From the NCBI RefSeq assembly GCF_000150275.1, contig NW_002060961.1:391361-455360 (forward strand): a DNA stretch of 64,000 nt, in the 5' to 3' direction. Below, piece after piece: positions 1 through 19,989 of this stretch. Below the pieces are notes generated by a model, which saw nothing but the letters and a program-made list of their open reading frames with translations, searched no databases and was not told the origin of the DNA. Positions within the stretch are counted from its first letter, which is position 1, and each line of letters starts with the position of its first letter. The translations under genes were made by a program, and so were the position numbers. The DNA is from Trichoplax adhaerens. Lineage: Eukaryota; Animalia; Placozoa.

Positions 1-5503
<5,503 letters not shown>

Positions 5504-6029
5504 TTTCTATTGTTTGAATTAATTAAAATCAAGAGCTACATGAGATGTTGATCAAATTGCAATCTCTACCAGCGAAAGGCTGAAGCGTCACAACATCCAC
5601 TCATTCTCCCAGCATTATAATATTGACTATCATACAGAATGGACAGTAATATTTTAACGACTTATCGTAGCGCTAGTAAAATTGTAGAACCTCCATCTAC
5701 TTGAATACATACATTTTCAATCGATGATTGATTGCCAGGTGGCGGATTTCGCGGCATCAATACAATACGACTGCACTGACGAACGGTGAACTGGCGGCTA
5801 AAATAGTGAAAATAATGCTTACTAATAATACAGTACGGTAATATACTGTATTGCAATGATTGGGAGCGAACTGTGTACAGTACTATAGGCAAATTTACTT
5901 TTGGGACTGTATAGTACAGTACAATGTACAGTACAGTAGTTCAGTGCTGTACTGTACACTGTACACTGTCTACACGTGACTGGACTTTTTATTGTGTCTC
6001 GCCGAAAACAACTTAGGTACAGTGTACAG

Positions 6030-6770
6030 TGCATTGTACTGAGCTAAACTCAGTGAATAGTACTGTGATGGCTTCATGAAAATTTTGGGATTGATTTTAC
6101 CTACAGTACTGAACTATACATGTGTACACTGTACAGTACATTATACTGAGCCATACTCAGTGAATAGTACTGTGATGGCTTCATGAAAATTTTGGGATTG
6201 ATTTTACCTGTACAGTACTGTACTCTACCGTGTACAGTACATTATACTGAACCATACTGTACTGTACTGTACTGTGATGGCTTAATGAAAATCCTTTCGA
6301 TTGATTTTACCGACAGTGCGCAGTACATTGTACTGAGCCATTCTCAGTCAATAGTACTGTACACTGTACACTGTAAAGTACTGTGATGGCTTCATGAAAA
6401 TCCTTTTGATTGATTTTACCTACAGTACAGTGTACAGTACATTGTACTGAGCCATACTCAGTCAATTGTACTGTACTACAGTATGATGGTTTAGTGAAAA
6501 TCCTTTTGATTGATTTTACCTACAGTACTGTACTGTACACTGCACAGTACTGTACTCTACAGTGCACAGTATATTGTACTGAGCCGTACTCAGTGAATAG
6601 TACTGTACTGTGATGGCTTCATGAAAATCCTTTTGATTGATTTTACCTACAGTGTATAGTGTACAGTACATTGTACTGAGCCATACTGTACTCAGTCAAT
6701 AGTACTGTGATGGCGCAATGAAAATCCTTTCGATTGATTAATTTTACCTACTGTACAGTACTGTACTATT
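6030..6770 (+). repeat. Composite minisatellite, ~7 copies of a ~100-125 bp unit with variable ACAGT linkers
   Basis: Core ACTGAGccataCTCAGT..gtactgtGATGGCTTCATGAAAAT..GATTGATTTTACC recurs; gatgg anchors at about 6067, 6174, 6276, 6386, 6485, 6612 and 6709. Confidence 0.93.
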
Positions 6771-8844
6771 CTACATACTGCTTGTATACTGTATGAGTGT
6801 ACTGTACGTACGTACAATGCAGTACTGTACTGTACAGTACAGTGTACAGTACATCGATTTTACCGCAAAAAAAAAATGATACTGTACTAGTGTAGTGTGT
6901 CACATATTGTGTATACGCGCAATTTCTCTCTCTTTGACTTTTGAAAGGCTGTAAAAGGCCCTGTTCTCTTAATCCAAGTGAGTTATCGATGTCGTGCTAC
7001 TCTCTGATTCTCTGTGTTTCTTCTGATATGATTTCCAATCATTCTACTTTCTCTCTATAAATAAACTGGCTTTCTCTGTATTATTTGTATGAGTATTGAC
7101 TCACGTATTCCATACAAAACATGACATACTCTACTGTACAAGTGTACAGTACAGTACAGTACAGTAGAGTTCAGCCCGCTCCACATGGCAGTACTGTAAT
7201 CCCCTTGCTAATGTAAAACTAGTGATACTGGAAGTATTATCCAGTAATATCTACTAACTTTTACTGCAAGGAGGGAGAAGTTTCTCATAACGAGACTACT
7301 TATGCAGATCACTAGGAAAATTCTGACGTTACAGCAACCGCTGCATTGAAAAATAATACGTCACTATAGAAATGAAAAATTGCAACTGAGCAGATGACTA
7401 GACATCTTTTGTTCTGAAATCAATACTGTACGCTGTATATAAAGTAGAGTACAGAACTGCAAAAAGGAGAAAAACAATTGTTAATAAATAAAAGGACTTG
7501 TAAAAAAAGTCCCTGATGGTACAGTACTGTACAGCTTAGTATCGCAATCTTTCCAGTACTCTTTCCAAGGTCGTACAGTACTGTAATAACAGGGACAACT
7601 AGAAGAAAACCTTTCTACAACTGTCCATGACTGTACTCAACCAAGTCCCTATTCGCAGTCACAGATGTAAAAGTAAAAGCAAACCTACAAATCTATAATG
7701 TACATTGTACAATAGACTACGTACAGTATAGCAGCTAGAATTATATAGCACAGATAGAAGCCAGAAAATTGTACAGTCATCGATTAAAAAACGACTTCTA
7801 AATTTTGATACTACAGCCTGGACAGTACGCGTCCGCATGTTACGTATGAGCACCGTACTAGAATACAGTATATTGTACAGTATAGCGTATTATGCTGTCG
7901 TTTGCAACTTTGTATTATCAATTTATCACTCGCTCATGATTCCATATGGAACGCAACCCATACGGCTTCACTATACCCTACTGTACATGCACAATATTGA
8001 AGAGTAAAATAATGGGTTATCAATACACTTTACACTACAAAAAAACTGAAGCTAAAATCACGTCATTAAAAGTGTCCTATCCAGCCGAGCCGGTGAGCAT
8101 TGCCATTGCTAATACACACATAATTGGTTAATTATACTCGTATTATTGGTACCAATTCGATTTTATTACATTTGCTGGTACTTTACTTAAATATAATAGT
8201 TTCAGATAAACAAATTTATACATCACTATTACTTTGATAAAAACTAACATGTACAATAAATAATAATATAATTATCATATTACGGTTGTATCGAATAATG
8301 ATAGTAGTAGTGCAGTAAAGATAAACAGTAAAACAGATGATATCACAAATAGACAAGGTAGAACATGATGCCCTATGTCAAAAAAATTTCTTCACTTTTT
8401 TATCATATAGTATAAAATTTCAGACGTATTGCTGTAAAGCTGAGCGACAGTAACCCTTTGAGAATTCGAATCCTATATCGATTGTATTATCGGTGCAATT
8501 TGATGACTGAAATAGATACGTTAAAAACCCTTCATGTAATTGGTGTCTTTACAAAATTACAAATAAAGTTCGGAAATCCAATCTCAAAGCCCTTCTTGCA
8601 GTACTTAACAGGACTTTCGATTAGAATAGGACGTATTTCTTGGCAATATATCGAGTAAATATCTAGCATAAATGTCATTTTATACATCTGCAACTCATTA
8701 CCACTTACAATGATCACGATTAGACACCAATATTTCTCTACCAACTTACGATAGGGTAACAATAACAATACTGACTGACTCATCAAATTATTAATATAGG
8801 ATAACATTAATTTCCAGATAAAAGAACTAGATTAAATCGGAAAT

Positions 8845-11800
8845 CTACATTACATACTGACTTAGATGATCTTGAGATAATAACGGATCGTCATCCTGTC
8901 CTAGGTGATCACTAGCTATGTTGGTGGATGGTAAAGAGCTAACATTATTCATAGAAAAATTTGTATCTTGCATAATCGGTGACTGATTTGGCTTATGTGT
9001 CACCGAGGCCGGAGACTTGTTCGGTATAGGTGAAGCACCGATTTGATAAGACTGAGCTGGCCTTGGCGATAGAGATATATGAGGAGGTGAGGCCATCATA
9101 ACATTAGAATGATATGACTGGTTTCTAGGAGATAGCGCTGATTGTGCACCATGAGCTTGTTGATTGGCCATTGTAGGTGACATCACTTGTTGTTGCTGAG
9201 TTGGCGTTATACCTGCGCCACTTCGAATTTGATGATTTTGAGGCGATACAACAGAAGCATTAGGCATTGATTGAGTCGGAGACATCACCTTTCCTTGGTG
9301 ATTTTGCAGTCCCCTTGGGGATAATACATTGCCTTGAGGTGATACCATAGACGACGCAGGCAATGATTGAGCAGGAGACAAAACTCTCTGAGGCAGAGGA
9401 TGCATATTTCTCGGAGACATAACTGGCGATTGTTGTTGAGATACACCGGCTTGCGATGTATGAGGAGAAATAACTCTATCTTGAAAATTTCTAGGTGGTA
9501 TAATGATACTTCTTTGATTCACGTTCGGTGGTGCCTGAGGCACTGAAGGTGTTGATAACACTCCTTGTTGAGATGCTGATAAATTTCTTGAGGACACCGC
9601 TGGATTTTGCCCTATAAGTCCTTGTGAAGACGAAATAACCTGTTGCTGTGAAGATACCACATTACGTGACTGAAAACTGTTACGCTGCTGGGCAATTCCA
9701 GCCGGCGGTCCATGGGTTGACTGAGTTGGTGACATGACTCTTTGCTGTGGAGTCATAGTATTTAGTGATGTCTTATTAACGTTTTGATGCAATGGGCCTT
9801 TTACAACGCGTTGCTGAGACATTCGTGGGTTTTGACCCATAACTGGCTGCGTCATAAATCTTTGTGATTGTTGCACACCAGATGGTTGCTGTTGCATAAC
9901 CGAACCTGATTTTATTTGATTATTACCGTTAATAGGATTCGATGAAATCATTTGCGTCGGATGTGACGCTTGCAATTGCTGCTGCGGCATCTGCACCTGT
10001 CGAATTTGGTTATGTTGAAGACCTTGAGGCCGTGATTGTTGTTGCAGCGGTTGTTGAAATTGTTGTGCTGCCATTTGACGTTGTGGTGGTTGCATTTGAT
10101 GCGACTGTTGCTGCTGCTGTTGTTGTTGTTGAAAATGTTGCCTATTTGGCTGATTATTCAAGCGTTGCATTGTTGGGTTAGCTTGGCCAGGATATATTTG
10201 CTGCTTATTCATTTGTTGTTGCAGTTGCACTTGCTTATTGGGAAGGAATTGATTTGATGGATCTTGAGCAGATTTCACATAGTTTCCAGTCATACTATTT
10301 GTTGGGTTCTGATTAACATTATTAGGTACAGAATGTTGATAGTTATTTTGTAACATCTGTAGCATTTTCTGTTTTTGTTCTGTCATAACTTTAGGCGCTT
10401 TTGAAGGATCCATATGTTGTACGGCAAGGTCATTGTTTCGATTTAAATTTCTATTAATGTCCGGTCGTACAGGATTTCGATAAGGTTGATAATTATTTTC
10501 TGAAGATGTAAACGTTTGTCGCCCAACAGCAGGATTATTACCCAGAGATGATGGTGACTGTGAGATCAACGATGGTGATGCGTTTCGTAATTGCCCTCTA
10601 CCCATACCAATTTGCATTGTATGAGGATTACGTCCTTGTTTTAATGCGTCCTTAGAGCCGATGTTGTTAGGTGGTCCACGAGAAGGACCACCCTGCATCG
10701 AATTATATGCAACTTGACTTCTAACAGTTTGTTGAATAGGCTCTTGGGAGACAAATTGGTTATTGTATGCAGGAGTACTAGTTTGCATTACAGCCATTCG
10801 CCTTCTTGTCCATTGATCACGTTGCATCTGCTGCATACGTAATTTTTGTTTAATACTTGAACAGAATGGAACTGGACAATGGTTATCGTTACAAGTTTTT
10901 GCATGATAGCAACAAAGTGCTATGAGCTGCTTGCAAACATGACAACCAGAGTTTTTCGTTTTACAGTTCTTACTATGCTGAACTATCCACTTCATTTTAT
11001 TACAACTTTTTACATCGCATCCAGGGCAAGTACAAGCATGCTGCAATGACCAGACACATCGTTGTATTGATAGGCGTCGTGATTCTTGTGGATTTCGAGA
11101 TTTATCATCACCATTACATTCATTCCCTAAATCTAAGCCCAATTTCTCCATTTTGTGTTCATGTCCAAATTTATCATAACAGGATAAACATAAATCAAAG
11201 TCCTAAAAAATTCAGGATAGAAATTATTACAGACATATTATCATAATACTGATGCAACGATATACTTACATCACATATCGAACAATGGTATCTTGTTTCA
11301 ACGTGATTACTACAATTGTTACACGTGTATACGAATCTGTCTTGCCCTTGATTATGCAATTCTACTAGCATTGCTATTGTCGAGTACTTTGCTCGCCTTA
11401 ATGAGGAAAATTCAAAGTGCTTTTCACGAGCTAACGTTAAAAATGCATCACGACCATCCATTAAATCACAAGACATGACTAAGTCTGGATCTTTTATATC
11501 TGGTACTTCTTTCGCCTCTTCCACAGAGTATAATCGGATGACAAAGAATACCTAAAGATGTTAAACATAATGAAATAGGGTTATGTTTCTTCAGTTATGA
11601 AAACAGTGAGAATAGCACTGATAATAAAGAACCTCTTTATGTTTTTCCATAGTTGCAAATAGCCGCTGCGTAAGATCCGTTCCAGCATATGGATTCTTTT
11701 TATTTTTTCGTGTATTATTTGTCTTACTTTTGCTATTTTTCTTCATTTTCCCCTTCTTTGCCGTTTTTTTCGTACCATTAGAACCCTAAAACAATGAATC

Positions 11801-14800
11801 ACGAAAGCATGATCAATACTTGATCTAATCTATCTAATATCGAGCTTTCTGAATAATCCAAGCCACAGCTAACGCTGTTGTCTACCTGTCCAGCAGCTTC
11901 AGCCGCCGCACTCGCCTTTCTCTCCTGCTCTTCTTGATCTATTTCCTTAATATTCTCTTCTAGAACATTTGGCCAGAAATCGCCCTCGAAATATGCCAAC
12001 TGATTAGCACTGGTAATGTTTTCTTCCTGTGACATTCTATGGATATCCTATAAGTCAATAATCGATAGAAATTGATATTTATAATTATACGCTAAAAAGA
12101 TTGTCTCGCAACTTAAACTAACCTTGTAATCAACAACTACACTCTCTTTCTTGGCCTTATCAAGCATCCTTTTGTACCACTCTTGCAGGCGCTTAGGTTT
12201 GGGTATCTTTTGCTCAGGTGGATGACAGTGAAAGATATAGTCATCACCTTCGCTTGGAGGACAAGCCCAAATATGTGCCATTGTATAACTAAATATGATA
12301 ATAGAATAAGGAACCCTAAGAGCCTGCAAAATTTAATAACAATATCGAAGTTTAAACGCACCCAATTTTCTTAACAAATTCGAGATAACCAATGAGAATC
12401 TCATGATATACATCAGTTCGAAGATTGCTAGGCTTGAAAAAATGTACGCTGTCCAGATATGATACATATACTCGTCTGCAATGGACATAGAATATGGAAA
12501 CGTTATCAGTTTCTTTAGTAATTATGATACAATGAAAAAGCCATATAAAACCGATGTTAATACAGTTGTACTACGAATGTTCATAATACATGAAAGATAT
12601 CGCATCATCATTTAAAACATCTTACCTTTTGTTAGGGGGTGAGCAATCTGTTCCATATTCCTGAACATGCATACCAAAGAAGCATACATCTGTTCCGTCA
12701 ATTTCTTCAAAAACGAATAGGGCTTTAGCACGATATGGGAATGACTCTGGAAATTGATCTTGAAATCTGTAAGAAATTAATACAATCTCTTAAATTCAAA
12801 TGTATGAGGCAAAGACAACTCCAAAAGACATACTTACTTTGTCCTCATTCCCTGCTTCACCTCTACAGTTTTTTCAACATTCGATACCATCCGCACGGTA
12901 ACATTACCGGCACCCTTGCCTTTTAAGAAATTATTGACTCTCTTTTCTATGTGATCACTTAAATTCGAATCTGGAAGTTCTACAAGAGATATTATATCTT
13001 CAGACCAATGTTACTTAAATAGTCTACGTACAGTTTAGTACTTACTGTTAGCTGAATATTTACTATCTCTTTTCCTTGATCCAGAAGTTTTCAAACAATG
13101 ACTACATATGTACCTATCGTTAAATATTAAAACACAACTGCTCAAAAGGAGATCAATCTTTCCGACGAATTTTATCTTTTAACTTACCCATTAGATGATA
13201 GTTGATCATAGTGAAGGACACAAATGGAATGAAACTTTCGTCCACAGTCTATGCAAGCTGTCCAGCTGAAATCGTATCAAGGTGCACCTTAAAACACTTT
13301 CTGTTATGATTAGCTAAAAGTCAAGGAACTTACGGTTCAGGTTCTAAGTGATCATTTGTTTTCTTTTTAAAGTATTTCTTCGGTATAGCACTATCAAGAT
13401 ATCCCATACTGTTAATTAGTACATGTATACACAGTGACAAATAATAGGGTAAATATGTATATTCTGTATTACAAACTTTTTATTTACCTCTGAGGGATGA
13501 TCGGGTCATCTCCTATTCTAACATTCTCACCTTCGATTTCACTATAACACTTTTCACAGAAATGGTATCTACATTTACGATTAGAAATCACGTTATAACA
13601 TACACGTAGATAGTGTGATAATTGTAATAGTCTAATTTTAACATTACGATACCTGTCTTGATAAGTCCAATAAACTTTGTCTCTTGGGATAGTACACAGT
13701 TGTTTTCCATAACAACACAATACTTGAGGGTTGAAAACATACTGTAAAATAGTTATGGCATCTTAATATGTTATCTCATAACGACGTAAATTCAACATGC
13801 TTTCGAATTATGCTGTATATCATTATTAATGATGTAAAGGAAAGTACCTTTTTCCCGCAACAGTAATGAAAACCTCTCATGACAGGGGTAATTTCTTTTT
13901 CAAATAGCTCAGCAAGCTTTAACGTAAAATAGAGATATATTGAATCAGATAATTGTATTGCTTGCTACCAATATGACAAGTAATAAATGTTACCTTAGTG
14001 CACTGCTTGTGGACTCTCGTATTTTTCTTGTTGTATAACCAGGCATTTTCAAACATCAACCACATATCATCACAAAACTAATCCAAACAAAGTTATTATC
14101 AAAAACTTTTTTTAATACTTAATAGAGACAGTAGAGATAAACTGAGCACTTACTCCCCATGGGCTTTTGTACATTCCTTGATGCAGACGGCGACTAATTG
14201 TAGATAAATCCATAGGATGCTTTATGATATCAAAATAATCCTTTCAAAAGATAAATGCGATCGTTATAAAGAATCAAGCATATAGCTTGATAAATATTAC
14301 TTCAACATATTTTCATTCTAGTGCATACTGGAATATTCAATACTTTCGGATCAACCGGCTCTCTGAAAGGCTCAGCATCAGCGGAGCTAGATAACTTCTG
14401 TAATACTGCCATCAAGGGTTGATGCAACTCCTCTTTGCTGAACACTGCAATGGTAATGATGAGTTAATAATGTACTACCACATATTTATTCCTTTATAGT
14501 TACAAATCCAAGTAGTTAATAAAGCAGTACTTTTCTTTTCGGAAACAGATTTCCGTGAATTCGACATTTCATCGCAAGGGGAAGATACCCTAGAAGAATT
14601 GTTGGACGCCGAAGGATCACCACCACGAGCCTATTTATACGAGCGCAAATACCGATGCGAATCATGTGTGATTAAATAGCCTGTTTCACCTTGTTAATAC
14701 ACCATACACAACTTTGCAAAGATAATTAGTTTATTGAGAATGTCTACCTTCGTGTTCGGTAAGGCTGGATTTAAATTTTGAATCAATTGTTTCGATATCG

Positions 14801-17800
14801 GTTTATCGTTGTTTGCTAAAGGCACTTGAGAATTTTCCCGATTGGGCAAAAAATTTACTCCTTCTTTCGCTTCAAAAATAATATCAACGACTACTTTAAT
14901 GCTATAAACTTCATATCAATACACTAGTAAAAATAGTTACCTAAACGAGTTTTACGTTTTTCTTCCAATTCCTTCTTTATCTTGTAGATTTTCACGGCTA
15001 ACATTTGATAATACTCTTCCTATATTTTTAAAGTTTGTTCAATTACTTAATGAGCAGCGTATAATTGAATACTTTTAATCTCACGCTACTTGGAAATAAA
15101 CTACGGCTACCAGCCAAAACAACAATCCATTACCTTGCTATTAGCCTTTTGATACATATCACGCTCTACGTCATGTGCATACGTAATCAGCCGCACTTTG
15201 CGCTCGTCTTTAATCATAATTGCTGGAGGTGGAAGGATAGCTCCAATCCTAGTTAGAGTGACCAGAGTTTGTTATCTTACAGTCCAAAATAATACTAATC
15301 AATGTGACATTAACCTCAAACAAACAGGGACTACTTACAGTTTTTGCGCCATATGTTTTCTTAAACTGTTATGTATTTCGTCCCTCCATGATCTCGCATG
15401 ATTATTAATGCTTAAAAATACGGAGTCAAATTTATTAATTGTAGCACAGGAAGATGAATATTATTTTAGGAATTAAAATAATAACTTGTACGCAAACTAC
15501 TTCGTAATAATTGATTACCCAGACTTGGCGTCTACTGTCGCTGATATGAAACCTGCGGTACGATTTCCATTAGCTATATAAAATGATTTGCATGCGTAGC
15601 TTAATAACAAATAATAATTCAAGAAGCATCAGCAATTCAAAATAAAAAATACTTACCCAACATTGTTGATGTTATGCCGTTTCTAATAGCTAGAGAGAAT
15701 ATTAAAAATGTTCGTTAACATATTACTAATATTATACATTGAACCATATCTATCTTTAGGTAATACATACAGGCATTTGCAAATTGCATCATATCAGGGC
15801 GCAGCTGCGGCTTCCGGTTAGTAATCAAATCTATAGTATTGAAGATGCATAAAAATAATTAAAAAATTGATGAAGAAACCAGTAATACAATTGCATAGCA
15901 GAAGGCTATTCTCACGTTGATTTGGTCCCTTCAATATTCCGCATATTGGACAATCAGTACGAGAACAATTCTTCCAATGTGAAATTATCTGGCGTGAGGA
16001 CGCACAATATAATACTACAAGATATTGAATAGATCAGAATACTTAAATCAAGCGCTTACTTAATTTTTAAATAATTCATAAAGTAGTAAAATAGACAAGC
16101 GAACAAGTATACGCAAATTCACATATCTATTATATAATCCTTGCATGGCTATTTTTACGGTGGAAAAAATTGACAGTAAAGATTTGTTAGTAGGGTTTTT
16201 ATTTATACCTGGGCAGGATTTACCCTCCTGACAATTTGACATATGGGCCAAAACTCCTTTCATGGAGGTACAATGAGGTATTTCGCATTCTTTACTAGTT
16301 TCATTGCGGCTGTCTTTTCGTTGGCATTTATGAGCGTGGAGTAGAAGAATTAATTGCTGCTGGAGTAATTTACATTTATCCGGATCGTGAACGGTGATAT
16401 TTGGCTGAAAAGGATTAACGGTATGATTTAAAATGTCATTGCACAAGGATTTAATATATTTGATTACACGATATAGGCTGAGAAATGAAATGCTTATTAT
16501 AAACAAATACGAGTAATATTACTTTACAAATAGAAGGGTCAACAACATAAAATAGTACAGGATCGAAACTTTACGGTATCTGCAGTTAATAGAGTAGTTA
16601 TACCAAATTTATCGCACATGCTATTAAATGAAAATGTGCCATTAATTACCAATGGAGTGTCTTTTAAATCTGTAGGGCATACTGAATTTCCAGGGTTAAT
16701 CGCATGACCATTGCTTAACTTTTCTTGATTAGAAGAAATGGGAGATCTACCGGAAGACTAAATGTAGAAAGAATAAACAAGATGCGGCGGCATTAATCAA
16801 GACAGCACAAGTGCTATAGAATCATCGAGATTTATTGTATAAGCACTTCTGGATAAAAAGATCAATACATCTTCAGTTTCACATTTTAGGACAATTATAC
16901 CGAAGAAAGATCGCGCGATACAGTAGCATTAAATATAACTCTTTCAATTTAATTAATTTATACAACTGATTAATTCATCATCTTATCTTAATACACAGTG
17001 TAAAGATGATATCATATACGAACCATGAAAAAGGATTTATCATAACTATCAGGCTCGCTTTTGACTATTGGCATAGCAGCAGACGGACCCAGCCTCTGCT
17101 CATTGCCAACATGTGGGCCATTGATATTGGCTGTGCCGTTGCTAAAATTATTAATGTCGTTTGCAAACGACATCATGGGCGTAGCCATACCAGCCACAGG
17201 TGGCGTCACTTGATTACTTGATGGTGTCGATGGTGCTGAAGTCGGTGCATCATTGTTATTGCCGCTAATATTATTTCGGTTATTGGTATTATCATCATTA
17301 TTGTAAAGTTGGCCACTTCCGATGCTATCGCTAGAACCTGATGATGCTATGCCATTGGTCTCCGATATATTAGCTTTGCCTGTCGGCTGTAGAATATCAT
17401 CCGGTAATTCATCCTCAAGATCATATAAACTAGATAGCTCTACTTCTATCAAAGTCAAGAAAATGATACAACATAAAAATGTTGCTATTGCAAAGTGTTA
17501 TTTTGCAAGGTAGAAATGCTTGTCCAGAACCGTACAACATTGAAAAAGCAATCAATGAAAAATCTATCCATGTTTTAATTGACTGCGAAACAACATCGTT
17601 GCAAGTCAAGCCAATTTATTACATGTACTATTCGGTTAATAGAACCTCTTTAGCTATAGACTGGACTTACCATACATAAAGTAGCAAATTACTATCAGTA
17701 TAGAAGAAATATTTTTAGTTTTATAATTGAACTGTTGATCATACAGACGATTGATCAACAAAAGATGATAGCCTGTTTGAAAATAGAGCGGAGCCATGTT

Positions 17801-18862
17801 GGAAATCTGAATTGAAACCGAATATTCAGGTATGCTCTTGTTTTACTCTGAGTCATGTACTTCAGTAAGAATACAACGGATTTTAGTGTCTGGTAATGTA
17901 AGACGTGAAAGTGTACCTATTCCTAAGAATGGCTGACAGGTTGGTAAGAAAAGCCTTGAGCTTTCTCGAATTTTGGCTCGTACCATCACGACCTTATAAA
18001 GGTAACAGCGATGGTAGAGTAGAGACTATGATAGAAGTCAAAATTGGAAAAGGTTTCTCTTGACATCAACTAGTTCTATATAGTGTAATACGGTCAAGAT
18101 CGCAGTGACTCAAAAGATGATTTTGAATACAATACATGGAACTAGAGCTGATGATCGTAATGTAGGCACTATATTAATGCAAGGCTTATCAAGCGATCAG
18201 GTGTTGCTATCATTCAAAATTGAGAGGCAAATTTCATCATCCAGTTACTCACTCCTGACTGTGTACAAGCGTACAAGGCAAATGTGAAAATGCTTTGATA
18301 GAGTAGAGTACGATACGCATTCGTATGCACACTCTACTGACTACAGTGCAGTGTAGCACTATGTCACTCAGTACTAAAACGTAGTGTAGTGTGTGCATCG
18401 GTAAGGCGGAGTTTTATGCTCTTGTACTGCAGTACTGTATCTCGACTACAGTGTCAAGTCCAATAGTACTGTAGTAAGGCAAGTCTACAGTACTGTGGAC
18501 AGTAAAGTAGGACGACCAGGATACTGTACAATGTTCTATACAGTGTCCAAGTCAGTCTATTGGCCTATGGTGTTTGATAGCCAATGATGATGATCCGAGA
18601 GCATCAGTATTGTCCATCATCTACAGTACAATTACTGTGCCTACAGTGGGATACTGTACACTGTACGGGAAAATGTCGGAAAAAATTGAACCTTCAAATC
18701 TCAATCGGCGGTATCGATTTTCTTCCTTAGTAAGCAGTTTATTTATTATTCAAACTTACGGGTACTTTCCACGGGAGATACAACAGATGAAGGCGGCGAT
18801 AACCGGGGTTTCTTGATTGGTGGAGCGATGTCCTCAAACTGTGTGTCGGTTTTCTGACTCAT
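8845..18862 (-). CDS. CREBBP: CBP/p300 histone acetyltransferase co-activator (TAZ1-KIX-bromo-RING/PHD-HAT-ZZ-TAZ2-Q-rich tail), multi-exon
   Basis: Exon 18760-18862 [24 protein letters not shown]; [13 protein letters not shown]; TAZ1 [17 protein letters not shown]; [20 protein letters not shown]...[22 protein letters not shown]; bromodomain exons ~13990-14450; HAT motifs [41 protein letters not shown]; ZZ and TAZ2; final exon 8845-11202. Confidence 0.97.
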
Positions 18863-19989
18863 TGTTAATGTAGAGAAAACACTGGAGTCGTAAGCGACAA
18901 CACATACATCTGCAAATGAGGGGGAAAAAAAAAAAACCACTTACTAAAACAGCATGAAAAATGAACAAATCATCACATCCACACAATATCCAACAATAAA
19001 CAACTATAGCAACATAACGAGTACAGTAGAAGGTAAAAGGTAGCTTCCAATAGCACCACAGCTAAATTGTAATTCCATTTTTACTTTTTATAACATTGTA
19101 AATGGATTGATTGCTTTTTTTACTATTATTGGACTTTTTTCTACATCTGTTTATCGCTGTCACGCATAGTGTGCATGTATCCATTTCCAGCTGTACAAGA
19201 CACATGACTGTCATACACTGTACAATAAAGAGTTTCTATCTTCAGATAAACAGTCCAGGACGTCTAGTCTAATCACTGTACAATCCTACCATGATGCTAC
19301 ACTATACAGTCAATTTACTTTCTGATCCAGTCCAGCAGTGGTTACCGTACTGTAGCCTATACTGTGTTGTGTCAAGTGAAAATTGTAGTAGACAAGCTAT
19401 AACAATTAGTGTATGAACTCAACATAGTATACAAGCTGTAGAGGTCTTGTGATGAACATGTTGAGTCACTACCCTGCAGTCAGCCAAATGATGGTATTGG
19501 TTATCAAGTCAACGGTCATGTTAGTGCTCAATCTGTCTAGTGACAGCGATACAGTATAGAGTTTTGTATGCAAAGGAGGAGAGCATCGTCAAACAACAAA
19601 CACGAAATGAGAGAAAAAAGAATTTAATCGAGTATTGACGATGACTGGATAGTCATGCAATGGCTAGTAAAATACAGCAGGCTTCCTATTGGTATCAACA
19701 TGTCAACGAATCCTACAGGGAATCAAAATACACCAATTTCAATAGTAAAAAAAATTTCCACTTTTACCATGACGGTAGCGCACCAACAGCAAAGAAATAG
19801 GATAGTAAGCGATATCACGTCGCTCACAAGAATATTTTCTACAATTAAAAAACAATTATCCAGGTAGCCGCGATCCAATGACTTTTCTTTGCAGATATTT
19901 CGTCGATGTTTACAACTTGTACAAAGCAAGTGATAGCGATGTTTTATCAAATGAAAGAATTTTGTACACTTTCCTAGTCCTAATTCTTA

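Noticed and set aside
5662-6613. Short ORFs rich in CTVLYS/YSTVQ (also at 20003-22017, 53292-53546 and 63150-63640)
   Set aside because: They are translations of ACAGT repeats and minisatellites with no sign of coding function.
6030-6770. CRISPR-like array (palindromic repeat with variable spacers)
   Set aside because: Eukaryotic context, no cas genes, and the 'spacers' are ACAGT microsatellite tracts rather than unique sequence. The same applies to 63083-63870.
9942-10257. Plus-strand hydrophobic ORFs opposite CBP
   Set aside because: Antisense shadows of the poly-Q codons.
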